This document shows, in pieces, positions 63,796 through 64,000 of a stretch of 64,000 nt of DNA (its first letter is position 1; the number at the start of each line of letters is the position of its first letter). A program made the translations under genes and the position numbers. This DNA is from Lama guanicoe (taxonomy: Eukaryota). The DNA lies in the NCBI GenBank assembly GCA_013239625.1, contig MU053557.1, forward strand, positions 193,063-257,062. The letters run 5' to 3'. Under the pieces are notes generated by a model. It did no database searches, had not been told where the DNA came from, and was given only the letters and a program-made list of their open reading frames with translations.

Positions 63796-64000
63796 TAGGT
63801 GCTGTTGCTTAATTCCTTTTGAGGCTGAAGGTCCAAGGGTCTCTGGTTTCATGGGGCCATCTAACATTTTCATTGAGAGGCAAAGATTAACTTTGGGACA
63901 AGTCACCTTCTCCACCTGGGTGCAGGTGGCATCTCTCTGTGGCTTGCTTGAGCAAGTCTTGCCCTGCACGCCGACAGTCCTGCCCCCTTCCTCTCTGGGG

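Noticed and set aside
1..64000. CRISPR arrays, operons, rRNA, non-retroviral endogenous viral genes, processed pseudogenes
   Set aside because: The DNA is a mammalian repeat landscape; I saw no regularly spaced repeats and no recognisable viral or cellular coding homology. A sensitive BLASTX could still reveal faint remnants.

Overview
Mammalian genomic DNA, most likely a camelid: a tRNA-derived Vic-1/SINE_Vpa-type SINE and cetartiodactyl-style L1 3' ends are present. The window is dominated by interspersed repeats (old and young L1, L2, MIR, MaLR/ERVL/ERV1 solo LTRs, hAT MER elements) and simple repeats. There is one clear CpG island (~14.97-15.69 kb) and two weaker CpG-rich patches (~44.8-45.5 kb and ~49.1-49.6 kb). 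I recognise no named protein-coding gene. The only ORF-track peptides I recognise are disabled L1 ORF2 fragments. Several splice-site-bounded candidate exons, mostly on the minus strand, and a set of RFX X-box motifs hint at a poorly conserved ciliary or testis transcript, but this is low confidence. The best-supported observations are structural: a single L1 insertion with both a 5' inversion and a ~170 bp 3' transduction between matching TSDs (58.75-59.56 kb), and a local inverted duplication of LTR16-like sequence dropped into an L2 (24.35/25.37 kb). I find no convincing new biological system. Repeat subfamily names are by-eye recognitions, not database hits.
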